Source of the DNA: Plasmodiophora brassicae
Taxonomy: Eukaryota
Direction: 5' to 3'
Assembly: GCA_036867785.1 (NCBI GenBank)
Contig: CP145415.1
Span: 62,001-126,000 of the forward strand
Length of the DNA stretch: 64,000 nucleotides
Below, piece after piece: positions 1 to 11,429 of the stretch. The position numbers were made by a program, and so were the translations under genes. The notes beneath the pieces were generated by a model. It was not told the DNA's origin and ran no database searches. It was given only the letters and a program-made list of their open reading frames with translations. The stretch's first letter is position 1. Every line of letters starts with the position of its first letter.

Positions 1-378
1 CCTGACCGTCCTGCACCATTGCGCCGCGCTGAACCTGTAAGTCGACCGCCTGCCACGTTGTCGTCGTCGTCGCTGACGGGTGTGTCTGGCGCGCGCAACA
101 GCCCCGGTGACGTCGGCGCGTCAGTCCTGATGGAGTTACGCGACCCGGACGAGGGCGGCGGCGGCGGCGTGCTGGCGGCGCTTCGCGAGCGCTGCGGACA
201 CAGGCGCGCGATCGTCGGCGGTGGCGACGGCGACGGCCTGTTCCGGGAGCGCTGGGCCAAGATCCGGCACTGGGCGCGGGTCGCCCAGCAGTGCGCGTCG
301 CTGTCGTGGACGCGCCCGCTGATCGACTTCGAACGGTTCCTGTTCGACGCGGCGCCGCCCGACGGCCCCGTTCGATAA
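1..378 (+). CDS. 3' part of an unknown protein-coding gene running in from the window edge; intron 37-101
   Basis: Intron GTAAGT(37)...GCTGAC...CAACAG(101); splicing joins LTVLHHCAALNL to PGDVGASVLMEL...GPVR* in frame. Confidence 0.65.
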   Translation, partial: PDRPAPLRRAEPVSRPPATLSSSSLTGVSGARNSPGDVGASVLMELRDPDEGGGGGVLAALRERCGHRRAIVGGGDGDGLFRERWAKIRHWARVAQQCASLSWTRPLIDFERFLFDAAPPDGPVR

Positions 379-416
379 AGCGCTGCTGTGGTCCATGCGC
401 GCGTACGCCCCCGCTG

Positions 417-773
417 CTAGTGTGTGAATTGATGGAACAGGTCAATGACGGCGCCGGGCGTCAGGCCGGCCTGGCGGCAGGTCAGGTAGGTCGGCACGGG
501 GCGCCCCCGGTGCAGGATGCCGCAGGCGGTCGTGTCGACGCCGAATTCGTTCCAGACGACGGCGAGGATGTCGTCGCCCGTGTCCGTGTACGCGAGGTGG
601 AAGATGGATTTGACGCGGTTGTCGACCAGGCGGACGTGCAGCCAGAGCGGCTCGACGATGGGCGGCGGCGCCGGCCGCGGTGTTGTCGTCACGCGACCTC
701 CGACGCGCAGGCGCTTGACGCCGACGCAGATGTCGTCCGGCTGGGGTCGCGGACGTCGTACGGCCGCCATCAC
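417..773 (-). CDS. Small protein with a probable C-terminal ubiquitin-like domain
   Basis: 118-aa ORF; C-terminal LHVRLVD...DTGDDIL...GILHRGRPV...TCRQAGLTPGAVIDL follows the ubiquitin-fold pattern. Confidence 0.55.
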   Translation of the reverse strand: MMAAVRRPRPQPDDICVGVKRLRVGGRVTTTPRPAPPPIVEPLWLHVRLVDNRVKSIFHLAYTDTGDDILAVVWNEFGVDTTACGILHRGRPVPTYLTCRQAGLTPGAVIDLFHQFTH

Positions 774-960
774 AGCGACGTCGCCATCATCTTCGCCCTG
801 GCCGCCCCCAACGTTTCGGTTATGACGGCCATCGCGCGTCGCCGCCCGGCGCAGTTCCCCGCTGGAAAGTCCGTCACACGGTCGGAGCCGCGCGCGCGAA
901 ACACTCCCCGCGGACGCTGCCCCCTTCCAGAGGTTAAGCTGGACATTAAGTGGTCGCTGT

Positions 961-1772
961 TTACTTCTGCGGGACGGCGTCGACGCTGTAATTCGTCTGG
1001 ACGGGGGAGCTGGGGGCGGCGGCGCGCTGCTGCAGGATGGACTGGATGGCGTCGAACTGGATGCGATGCAGTTCGGCGACCAGGTTGAGCTGGCGCGTGG
1101 CCAGATGGTCGACCTTCCGGTGCAGCTCGTTGACGTCCAGCTCCGTGCGCAGCGTCGCCCTGTACGCGTTCTCGTTGCCCTGTCGGTCCCTGTCCTCCTG
1201 CAGATTCTGGCTCATCATGATAATCTGCAGCCCGGTGGGCTTGCTCCTCAGAACAAACGCCGACGTTTGTTCTGCCCAAGCGGCGTTGCACTTACCGGCG
1301 CTTGCACTGCTGCAAGGCACGACAGGCACAGGTTGAGGAAGACGAACGGGTATGGGTCCCATGCCGCTTGGCCAGAGGCCACTGACGCCTGCATGGTGTT
1401 GACACCCATCCAGGTGCAGATGAAGGCCGTGAACAGAATGATGAACATCCAGCTGCCACCGAATTTGGCCACGTAGTCGGCCATGCGTTCGCCGAACGTC
1501 GGCGCTCGTCGCTCCAGCTGCTCCTTCTGCATGCGCCACGACACGGAATCGTCGATGATGGATCGACCGGCGGGCGCACGCTGCGCCGCCATCAGGTCGA
1601 TAATGGACTGGAACTGCTTCAGGCGCAGCATGTCGACGTCCCGCAGGCAGATGAACCCGTTACGATCCCACGTCTTAATAACGTCGACGGCGGCGAACGC
1701 GACCGCAGACGCTGGCACGCAGCCATCCGCTGGGAACCGCAGCTGGCACACGCAGCAGAGCACCAGCCTCAT
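961..1772 (-). CDS. DUF1003-family membrane protein; intron 1225-1295
   Basis: TFGERMADYVAKFGGSWMFI, WDPYPFVFLNLCLSCLAAVQAP|IIMMSQN...DR, ELHRKVDHL are DUF1003 signatures; GTAAGT...CTGCAG intron restores the frame. Start taken as MRLVLCC. Confidence 0.85.
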
Positions 1773-2858
1773 AGTACTGATAGCAAATGAGCGCACCTCA
1801 CCATATGAGGGCCTCGTTGTCAACGTACAAACACGCCGTCCCATTGACTCACGTGCCAGGCATTGACTCCAACGCGGGTACGGCAGTCCATCTCGTTCGC
1901 TGCAAGTCCCGGCCGGTCGCTTACTCATGTGGTCTTGCAGCTACAGGTTGAACTAATCGTCGTTTGCAGCAGGCGATGAGAAGTATTTGGCCGGGGCTTG
2001 TCCAAGACAAGGGAGCTCCCGGCGGCGTGGGTCGAGGTGAGCCGGCGAGGCTGTGGCCAGGTCGGCAGGTGTGCTGAAACGGCACCGTGCTGAAGAGCAA
2101 CGCGTGCACCAATGGGTGGACAACCTCCGTACCCCGTCGGTTCCCGAATCGCATCTGGAGACGCTGTATCCCGTTTCCAGGACGTATCCTGATGGCGCAT
2201 TTCGTGCCGTTAGACATTGATGTGTAAAGAATACGTATCTAGTTGTATGCAATTGTACCGGCGTCCGTATTCATTCGTGGCAAAGCATTGCTCGACAGCA
2301 TGCCACTAGCGTAGTTTGCATCAGTCAACGTTCATCGGCCCGACCTGAAAGCGGAAATATCTCGCTGCGCACGCTGCCGCCTCGCTCGCCACGGGAACCA
2401 GCTGCTGCCACGGGAAACCACGTGGCAGGAACGTTGCTGACACGTGGTTTCCTTGCTGACACGCGTTCCTGCCACGGGCTCTTTTCCTTGCTGCCACTTG
2501 GATTCCGGTGGCAGTACCTAGCCTCACTCAATTAGATATGCCGTTACAACGTCCCCGGCGGCGGACTGGGCTCGTCGGAGGCCGCTCAGAACTGGGCGTT
2601 ACACCAAGGGAACGAGGCGGATGTGATGACCAAGGCGTTGGCCAAGATGGTATACGAAAGGCACCTGAAGTCCATCGGCCAGTTGGAACTTGATGAGAGT
2701 CCGACAAGTGTTTTCGTAGGCAACTTATCCAGGCCATCGCGGGGGACAGTTCAAGTCGAACCTTCGCGCTATTCCAGGGACGCGCGGAAGGTTTCAAGGT
2801 TGGCGTCAGCCCTCCAACAATCGATAAACGATTTATTCTCATTTCAGCATGTCCAAAC

Positions 2859-3593
2859 TCACATCTGAGTGTACTTGCGGATCAACACGTCCATTTTGCT
2901 GAGGAACTGGACGTACAGGGCGAATTGAGTGTCTGTCAACTCGGTCGAACTGTACTCTTCTTTGACCCGGGCCTTGCATGACTCTAGTTCAGCTTTCGTG
3001 GCGAAAAAGTCCCGTGGCAGAGAGCAGCCGAACTTGTTCAGGAAGACGTACATCTTGTTATTTAACTCCAGAAGGTTAATCCAGTCGTCGTGCCCAGACG
3101 CCGCTCCAAACGACTCGATGATGTCGGAGAGTTTTTCTAGAGTGGGCGCTTGTCCGAACGCCAGGACTTGCTTCTCGAAGGCGTACTTAGCGGGCATCAG
3201 GCGCTGCCGCAGGTTGAACACGACATATGCTGCCGCATATCCCGCCAGAAAGCCCATAATTCGGGATCGCGTCATAGCTGTCAAACGACGCGCCACGAGG
3301 TATCCACCAGCAGGAATTGTCGCCGATGAGAGGAAAGTCCGGAAGGTGTCACGGGCACAAAAGGGAAGGGAAGACACCTGATCGTAAAAGCCTTGTTTGC
3401 GCAGTTCTTCCAGGCAACGACCGGTCCGCTCGATCAAGCCGAACGCGGTTCCGACTCCAACCATGCCTGCTAGCTTAAGCCGGGATGCCTGTCCAGGAAC
3501 AGGCACCGTCGCCATCTTCACTGGGGCCGAACCCATCACACCGGCGAGAACAACGACGCCGGTTAAGAACGCGAGCTTGCGCGATGATGCCAT
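2859..3593 (-). CDS. Intronless 244-aa protein with N-terminal signal peptide, unknown function (candidate secreted protein)
   Basis: MASSRKLAFLTGVVVLAGVMGS basic+hydrophobic leader; TATAAATA on the - strand at 3716-3709. Confidence 0.7.
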   Translation of the reverse strand: MASSRKLAFLTGVVVLAGVMGSAPVKMATVPVPGQASRLKLAGMVGVGTAFGLIERTGRCLEELRKQGFYDQVSSLPFCARDTFRTFLSSATIPAGGYLVARRLTAMTRSRIMGFLAGYAAAYVVFNLRQRLMPAKYAFEKQVLAFGQAPTLEKLSDIIESFGAASGHDDWINLLELNNKMYVFLNKFGCSLPRDFFATKAELESCKARVKEEYSSTELTDTQFALYVQFLSKMDVLIRKYTQM

Positions 3594-3732
3594 GACTGAA
3601 AGCTCTTGATCGACGACACCACGTTTCAGGAATGAAAGGCGGCTGCCGGATCTCCCGAATTAGAGCCGAGCTTCGTTTCGATAGGACTGTCGGGCTTGAA
3701 TAGGTAGGTATTTATATCGTCGGACAGTGCAT

Positions 3733-5971
3733 CAGTGCGTCGGTGCCCGTGGAAAAGTAAACGACTCCAAAAATAGTATTTTTGACCCCATATAGAAATC
3801 GACTCGTCTCGACGAGATCAGTTCTATGCGCTGGCGGCATCCAAAGTTGCGGGTAATGCCTACGTGGCTACGTCCATCAATCTAATTTTAGACATCGTGG
3901 GACCTGCCGGTAAAACCGGGCAAGGTAGCGGGCGTCCTCGTGGGCAAGCACCGGGCAGTCGGGCTAGACGCGACGGTCACCGCGGTCGAGGTCGAGCCGT
4001 TCATCTGTCACAAGCTGTTCAGTTGTCACCTGACGAGATCGCCGTTCAGCCGGACTGCCCTGACGTCGTGTTGCGGTCGAGACCGGACGAAGTCGACCCT
4101 GAGGCATTGTCGCGGCCAAAGAAGAAGGAGCTTGAAGGGCCGGCTAACTACAAACCTTGTCAGCTCAAGCGCGTTCTTCGACCGATGGACTGCTGCGACT
4201 GCCGCAGTAGTTGTATCGACATGCTGGGTGTGGTGGCTGACGAACATCGCCGTTTGATCGTCGAGAAACACGATTTCATGGCGCAAACAGCCTATCTCGC
4301 TTCAATGATCACGATCAGGAAGGCGCCAGCCGACAGCGTTCCTGGCTCTTACCAATACGCACTGCCAGGATCCGATGGCATCCCTATCGTCATCTGCCGC
4401 CAGGCTTTCATGAACGTGCTCGGCATGGGCACTGTGAAGCTTACGTACGAATGTCATTAAGCGCAGGACGAACCAGTGCGGCGTTCAGCAGGGTGCTGTT
4501 CCGTCGTTCGGCATGGATGGCCGCGGCAAGAGCAACGTTGTTGTTCGCAATCGTACACCACATAACGTGCTCGAGATCGCGCGCGCCTTTATCGTCTCGC
4601 AGCTCAAGCAGTTCGGCGAGACTTCGCACTACTTGCAGGAAGAGCAAGCGCAAGTGAAGCCCCAGTTCGCTGCGTCAGCTTCTCAATGATCACGATCCGG
4701 TCGCTTCACAGCAGCTCCAAGAGGCGCTAGCGCTGCAAGTCGAACTTGCGTCGTCGTTCGAACCGATCATCACCGAGAGGCGCTTTATCGATCTGTTCGC
4801 TTCCGAGTTCGGCTACGTCAAGTTCTACAAGCCGAAGACAGACGAGTGCAAGAAGTGCGCACGACTGCGAGCAATCTCGACTGTCGCGCGTCCAATATCC
4901 TGATCAACCTGTGAAGTGGGTCGGCACGTTTGTCTTTGACCACCAGAAGAAGTTCGACGTGCCACACCTTGTCACGAAGCAAGCCAGGTTCAATCACCAG
5001 TTGAGCGTCTTCAACTTTGGCGTCTATTCCGCCCATACCGACCGTCACTTCTTCCACCTGTGGTCCGAGTGGGATGGCGCCTGCGGGTCCGACGAGACGA
5101 TCACCTGCCTGCTCGCCGTTATTGCTGACCAGAGCGACTCACTCGGCCAGGGCATTCTCAACCTGATTTGCGACTCATGTGGCGGGCACAACAAGAATCA
5201 GTTCTTGCTCGCATTCGCCGCCGAGCTGTCACGCCCTGGCAGCGCTTTCTACCGGTTCGCTGAAGTCAACATCAAATTCCCGGAGGTCGGCCATACGTTC
5301 TTGCCGAATGACCGCATATTCGGCGTCATAAGTCAGCACGTGAAGAAGCACAATTTCTACGAACCGCGCGAGCTGTTGCCACTGATCCAGCAGTCGTTCG
5401 ATCCTCGCCATCCGCAACATGCAGTGTGGATGAACCGCCTCGATTTCAAGAACTACGGCGCCTACTTGGCGAGCACGTATACGATTCTTGGCGCTGCTGT
5501 CCTCGGTGGCGGTCCGCATGATGGCGGCGCAGAGAAACTTCTTCTGCGCGACGACGCGAAATGGATGAGCTTCGGCCGGCACCGCCAGTGGTCGCACCCG
5601 GGCGAAATGTGGGTGCGAACATGCCTGCAAGCTAGCGCGACATGGAAGAAATACCGGATATGTCTTAGTGCACCCGCCGACATGCCGAACTTAATCATGA
5701 AGTATCCTCAGCAGTTGACTTTGGATGCTGCCAAGATGCAGTCTTTATGGGAGTTGTCGGCGTCCATTCCCGTCCAGTACAGGCCCCTGTATCCGACGCC
5801 TGATCAGGGCGACTTGGCTGTCGTTCGCGATGCCGTCGCCAGCAAGAAGGCGGCCAAATGCCGGCCCAAGTAGCAGTAAAACTTCAAACGCGATTTCTGA
5901 GGGATCCAGGAAAACCAGCCTATTTCTATTTTCGGAGTCTTTTACTTTTTCCACGGGCACCGGAGGCACTG
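3733..5971 (+). mobile_element. Decayed DNA transposon (Sola1-like DDD family, tentative) with ~45-bp imperfect TIRs
   Basis: 3733-3776 CAGTGCGTCGGTGCCCGTGGAAAAGTAAACGACTCCAAAAATAG is near reverse-complementary to 5926-5971 and encloses a transposase remnant. No clear TSD. Confidence 0.75.
3864..5873 (+). pseudogene. Frameshifted DDD transposase
   Basis: Motifs spread over several frames: ICRQAFMNVLG, DGRGK, ETSHY, FYKPKTDECKKC, FDHQK..P, WSEWDGACGSDE, DSCGGHNKN, FPEVGHTFLPND. Confidence 0.75.
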
Positions 5972-6017
5972 CGCCAGTGCGTCGTCAGGGCGTCTGAGGG
6001 CCGTGACATTATTGGTA

Positions 6018-7215
6018 CTTACGGTGGAAACAAATATTTGCATCACTCGGAAGAAATACTTGGATCACGAGGAAGAAATTGTTGCATCAACAGGAAGAAA
6101 CAAGTGGGTCACGCGGAAAAAATGTTTGCATCATCCCGAAGAAATATGTGGATCAACGGTCAAAAATTAATGAATAATGGATCACGGGGAGCCGCCGTTA
6201 GCGGGCGACGACGAGGCGGCCACCTCAGCATCGAACGCTGCAGCGCAGCAACGTAGCTCGAGAGGTACACCTGCATGTTAGTACCAACATTTGGAAGTTG
6301 GCTTACAGGATCCATCGTCTGCAGCTCGGTGCGGCCGTCCGGCGAAGAACCCAGAAAGCATCCCGCGGCTGGATCCAACCATCGCGTGTGATCCACGAGT
6401 CGCAGACATCCGGTTCACCCCAGCGGTTTCCGGTACCCTAAACGCTGCCAATCAGCGACGACTTGATGAACAACGACGAATTGCTCGAGAGAAAAGCCGG
6501 CAACATGCATTGCAACAATTTCAGCAACTCCAGTGTGCAGCTGATCACGTTCGCGCGGTCGCCAACAGGAAAATCGAACGCTTCAGGTTGATATCGGAAC
6601 GCGAACGAGCATTTGCTGAAGAGTTGTCCCAGTGGCAAGTTAAACTGATAGCGGGTGACGGTTCATATTGGGAAGGCGACTATGAAGCGATGTCTACTGG
6701 ATGAGGTGAACCGCATATCAATTGACGATATTCGGCGAACGTACGACCATATGAGGGAGTTCCTCGCGTACTGTAAGGATAGACGACCCGTCTTCACGCA
6801 GAAGCTCTACGAGTCGGCGCATCACGGAGATGAAGCGCGCACGTGCCCAGCCCTCTCTGTCGATGTCGAGGATTGCCGCAGTTCTATGACGAGTTTACTC
6901 CAGCTGGCTGTCAGCATTTGCGCGAAGTGTTCGGTTGTTCGCGCTTGACGAAGGAATTTGTCGAGAAGTTCTGCGACGGTCAGGTTCATGCAACGCAGTT
7001 AGAAGAAGATGCTGCTCACGAAGGTGTTCCGAATGATCCAAAGTCACCATTCACTGAAAGGCCCACGTTATCGCCATGACGGAAAAAATAAATGGATCAT
7101 GATCCACACGTTTTTTCCGCTTGATCCACTTGTTTCTTCCTGTTGATGCAACTATTTTTTCCTCGTGATCCAAGTATTTCTTCCGAGTGATGCAAATATT
7201 TGTTTACACCGTAAG
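6018..7215 (+). mobile_element. Internally deleted TA-targeting TIR transposon (IS630/Tc1/mariner-like) with ~120-bp TIRs built from 22-bp subunits
   Basis: TA|CTTACGGTG...CACCGTAAG|TA; long near-perfect inverted ends. Internal LDEVNRISIDDIRRTYDHMREFLAY...KLYESAH resembles a Tc1-like transposase C-terminus; no DDE core seen. Confidence 0.75.
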
Positions 7216-7298
7216 TATATAATATAACCGATCAGCCGCCCCGCAGCTGCCCCAGAACTGCCCGACTGGCGCAGTCCGTAACTGCCCAACAGACACTG

Positions 7299-7511
7299 GC
7301 GCTGTGACAATAATTAGGGGAACGTGCGCTGTGACAATTAGGGGAACGTGCGCTGTGACAATTAGGGGAACGTGCGCTGTGACAATTAGGGGAACGTGCG
7401 CTGTGACAATTAGGGGAACGTGCGCTGTGACAATTAGGGGAACGTGCGCTGTGACAATTAGGGGAACGTGCGCTGTGACAATTAGGGGAACGTGCGCTGT
7501 GACAATTAGGG
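7299..7511. repeat. 24-bp minisatellite (GCTGTGACAATTAGGGGAACGTGC), about 8.5 copies
   Basis: Head-to-tail, essentially identical units, no spacers. Confidence 0.95.
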
Positions 7512-9931
7512 AGTAATAGGCATTTTAAGACATCAAATCTATCGTGTATTTGGACTGCCGAAGCCGTCGGTTGCCGTGGACGTTTATTCAAACTGCGCGG
7601 CTGCGCGACCCCCGTCGCGGCCGTGCCATAACATACGGCGTGGCGAGGGCCCAAAAGTCGCACATGTCGAGGGGGGGGGGGGGGGGGGGGCACAGTCGCA
7701 CTTTTCGATAGTGCGCCCGTCGGGCAGATCACGGTTAGTGTGCCTTTATGGCGGAAGAAGGGCAGGGAAGGTCTCACAAAAATGCGCAGTCACAAAACTG
7801 CGCCGGTGACCTCCGCCAGAATACCTGTACATACCTACTTACCTATCAACAAGGTTTAACAGCATCCAGCGCATTGGATTTGTTTATTCAACCCTGCCAT
7901 CCGCACCCGTTCGAAGGATGCGAGCCCGGGCACCGACGTTTCTTAAAATCTGTGTGCGCGAACTGGTCCCCCCATCGTCTAGCGAATTCGTCGTCATCAT
8001 CGTTACAATGTCGCCTCAAACAGTTCAGGACGGGGGTCAGGACATTATAATAGAACGTTCTCATGGACGGCGTGAACGAATTCTTGGCCCTCCCTGCACA
8101 CTGGATCTCAATACGCCGCATCGTTCGCAACTTCGCGTGCGTATCAATGTTCGACATGTCCCGATCAGCGACGTCAAAATCGCCTGCTTCACGACGACGA
8201 CGTTTCCCGGATCGAGGTTCGGGTTCAAGGTCATTACGTGGTTGCTCGTCAGAAATTCCACCTGCCTGTCGCCCATTGTCAGCAATGGGAACGTGGGCAC
8301 GCGGTTGTGATTGATGAAGTCCTCGTTCAGCGTCTGCGTTGAAGGCATCGTTATTGTTGGCGGGCGCATCTCCACTGGAATCCTTGTCGCTAGACACAGC
8401 AGGTCGTGCCCGGTTACGCCCACGAGCAGAGCGGCGCTGGTCGGCATTGTTATCGGCAGAATCAGGAGCATGACGATCTTGAACTCCTTGTAGAGCATAC
8501 TTTCTTGCAAGTAGCTCAACAAGTTGTCCTGTCAAGTCGCCGAACCCTTTCGCTTGCATCAGCGCAAGAATGTTGTCGATTTTCGCGTCGATACTCTGAT
8601 CCCTCGCCTGCAGGATAGCTTGTGAGAGTGCTATGATGTTTCTGGTCTTGTTCGGAGCCAGCACTCTTTGAGCAACCAAATTCTCGACGAAGATCCGTAC
8701 ATGCCTAAACAAATCCGGCAGGCCGCCGATGGGATTCTCGTTCAGAGCCACCAGTTCTCTATGGTCGGACATGTGGATCGCCTCCCATGTGTAATCGACG
8801 GTTAACAAAGCGCTTCGCCTGTTGACGAGTCAGTTCCGAAATTGCGTTAGGTTCACATGAATGCGAATTACTTCTGAAGCGATATCATCTTCAGGAAAGC
8901 TGCTGCCGATCCGTAGTACCGTTTAGCGCTTTCGACGGTTTTGTGCCGTGCTGACAGCATGATCTGCCCCAGTTCACCTTTCCCCCAAATAGCTAACAAA
9001 TAGCCAGTTTTTCGGAGGGTATGCGTTCCCCAAACTCGCCCGTCATCGCGTCCAACAACGTCCGAGAGCAGCTTCTTCAGTCTACGGACACGATTCGCCG
9101 TCAAATACACATTCGTAAGTGCACCATACGAGACCTACTGGTTGTTAAAGGTGGTGAAATCGAAGCAGTCACTAGAACCCTTCTTCTTGGGAAATAGGTA
9201 ACCCGACGTTATGCCTGATACGCTGAGCCACAGTAGCAGGTGGCTAACCAAGCATAGTTCGGGAACGTCTGTACAGCGCCATATCATTAACGGGACAAAC
9301 GATCCATCAGCCTTGCCCTTGATCTTGACGCCCATGCAGTTAACGTCGCCATTATCGGGATTGACAGATACCAGACTCGTCAGAATGTCTTCAATTCGGA
9401 ATGGACACCCTTCGGCGGATCGGAGGAAGAGCTGGCAGTGGAAAAGGATCATCGTATAGAGACGAAGTCCCTCATATCGATCTGCGCTGAGTAGCGCTTT
9501 GCGAATGGCGATCAGTTCATGTGGCATCAGAGGCGAATCACCTTGCGCAGTGTAATCAACGAGGTCGATTTGCGTCACGCGACGGTACCGGTTCTTCACG
9601 TTCTGATGCGATCGCGGGCAGCCCGATCTCCACAAGCGCGGGACTCCAGCGTGAAAATTACACGAGACATTATTGTCCCGGTACGCGACAATACACGCAG
9701 GACATGGTTCTGAGTACTGTCCGCTCTGGTGCCTCGCAACATGCAAATCACTGACAGCTGACAACAGCTGGTTGCATGAGTTCGGATCGTTCCAGGCACC
9801 CGTTGCGAGGATAGGCTGTCTCGAGAAGTAATCCAGAACGGGACCAACGCGATGAGAACTGACGGCATCGTCACGATGCACAACAACGGGAGTGCCAGGT
9901 GGCAGGACCTTGAAATCGATGAACGCCATGA

Positions 9932-10212
9932 TGTATCATATGCACAGCCTAGCTGCACCTATGATGATCACGGTCACACCTTGAACCGGCATGCAACTCC
10001 GCTAGACCACAACTACCGGAAACTCCGGGCAGGCACAGTCAACAGTCCCACAAGGCCCAGTCGTGTGTTCCCAGAATAGACCGCGGACTCCGGAGACCGT
10101 GGCGGACTCCGGAGACACATTGGAGGTTGGCAGACCAGCGGGCCAGGAATAAATCAGAGTTCGAACTGCGTTTCGATGACAACGTCTCAATGCTAGATTG
10201 AGAGATGTCACA
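9932..10212 (+). repeat. 5' LTR (281 bp)
   Basis: Identical by inspection to 15707-15987; contains AATAAA and a U5 hairpin TCTCAAT/ATTGAGA. Confidence 0.97.
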
Positions 10213-10419
10213 GTGATCACTGTAGTCGCGAATCAGCAAAGAGACGCGCGAACATCACGTTCCATGAAGGGACAACGGCGTGGCGAACGCACGACGCGGC
10301 GCACGCAAATGAATGGCAAAGGGTACCGCCACGCATGACGCGAAAGTAGCCCAACGACATGAAGTCGTGCCCGACACCAAACGATCAAAGGTCGGAAGTG
10401 CAAAACGCCACGTTGAACC

Positions 10420-11429
10420 ATGACGGTGTCGACGTTGCCGACGATCGACAAAGGGGGCGCGGTGGCAGACGGACACACGAAACGGTCCGGCTGGCCACCG
10501 TCGTCTGGAAGGACGACGAGTGGTAAGCCAAAGCTGACGTCGGCCAGCCAGGCGGACCTGGTGAAATGGTTCAGGCAGGTAACTGAAGGTGTATACCGAC
10601 AGCCTGCATGACTCAGCGATGGAAAACGCCCAATCGCTCGTCAGGACGATGGACGACAGCGACATGCTGACGACGCCGGACACGGGCGACCGTTGGGATG
10701 ACGCTTTCACCGTTGACACGGTTCCCGACGACATCCTGCTCGGCATCCTGCGTACGCCAATGAAAATGCGAACACAACGACGGGTACGCGATTCTCTGGC
10801 TACGATCTGCGAATGAAACGCAGCATTCAGGAAGCAGGTGCACGGGTATTGGATACAGCGCCCAGCTCACGAGGATCGTCAGAAGCTGTGAACATACGTT
10901 CACCGGTACTGATGCCGAGAAGCTGATGGTAATCTGCTCCTGATGGGCACCTGACCTGAGAAACAACCTGCTGGAGCCCTCGGTGAACTCGTTGAAGACC
11001 AACATGAGGGACTTCCGGCGGCTGCTAGAGGAGAGAGCAGCGACGTTCGACGAGGTGTGGCATAACCAGCATCTGGCGAACGTCCGGCGCGGGATGGCGG
11101 AAGATGCCGACCAATCAACCAAGGAGAACCCCGCGAAGGGCAAGAAGCGCCCACGTCACGACGACGAGGAAGGCGGAACCCCGTCCGCCGGAGGCACGAA
11201 GCCTACACAGGCAACGGATGACAAGAAGCCACTGAGCTGGCATTTGTCGAGGTCCACATCCGATGCGGAAGTGTCCAACGGCACCCGCCGATAATAGGAA
11301 GGCGGCGTACGACACGTTCGGAAGGACACGAAAACGAATAGAGACGCCAAACGTGGCAAGTACACTGCTGATTCAGATAATGGTACTCGCACCACACACG
11401 CGGCGGTATGCAAGTTACGACAACGTGCA
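10420..11429 (+). pseudogene. Fragmented gag region
   Basis: Short ORFs in all three frames; frameshifted zinc-knuckle remnant (WH/CRGPHPMRKCP) near 11240-11275. Confidence 0.6.

Noticed and set aside
7299-7511. CRISPR array or telomere
   Set aside because: No spacers, no cas genes, eukaryotic context. TTAGGGG is embedded in a 24-bp unit rather than a telomeric tandem. ORFs across it are repeat artefacts.
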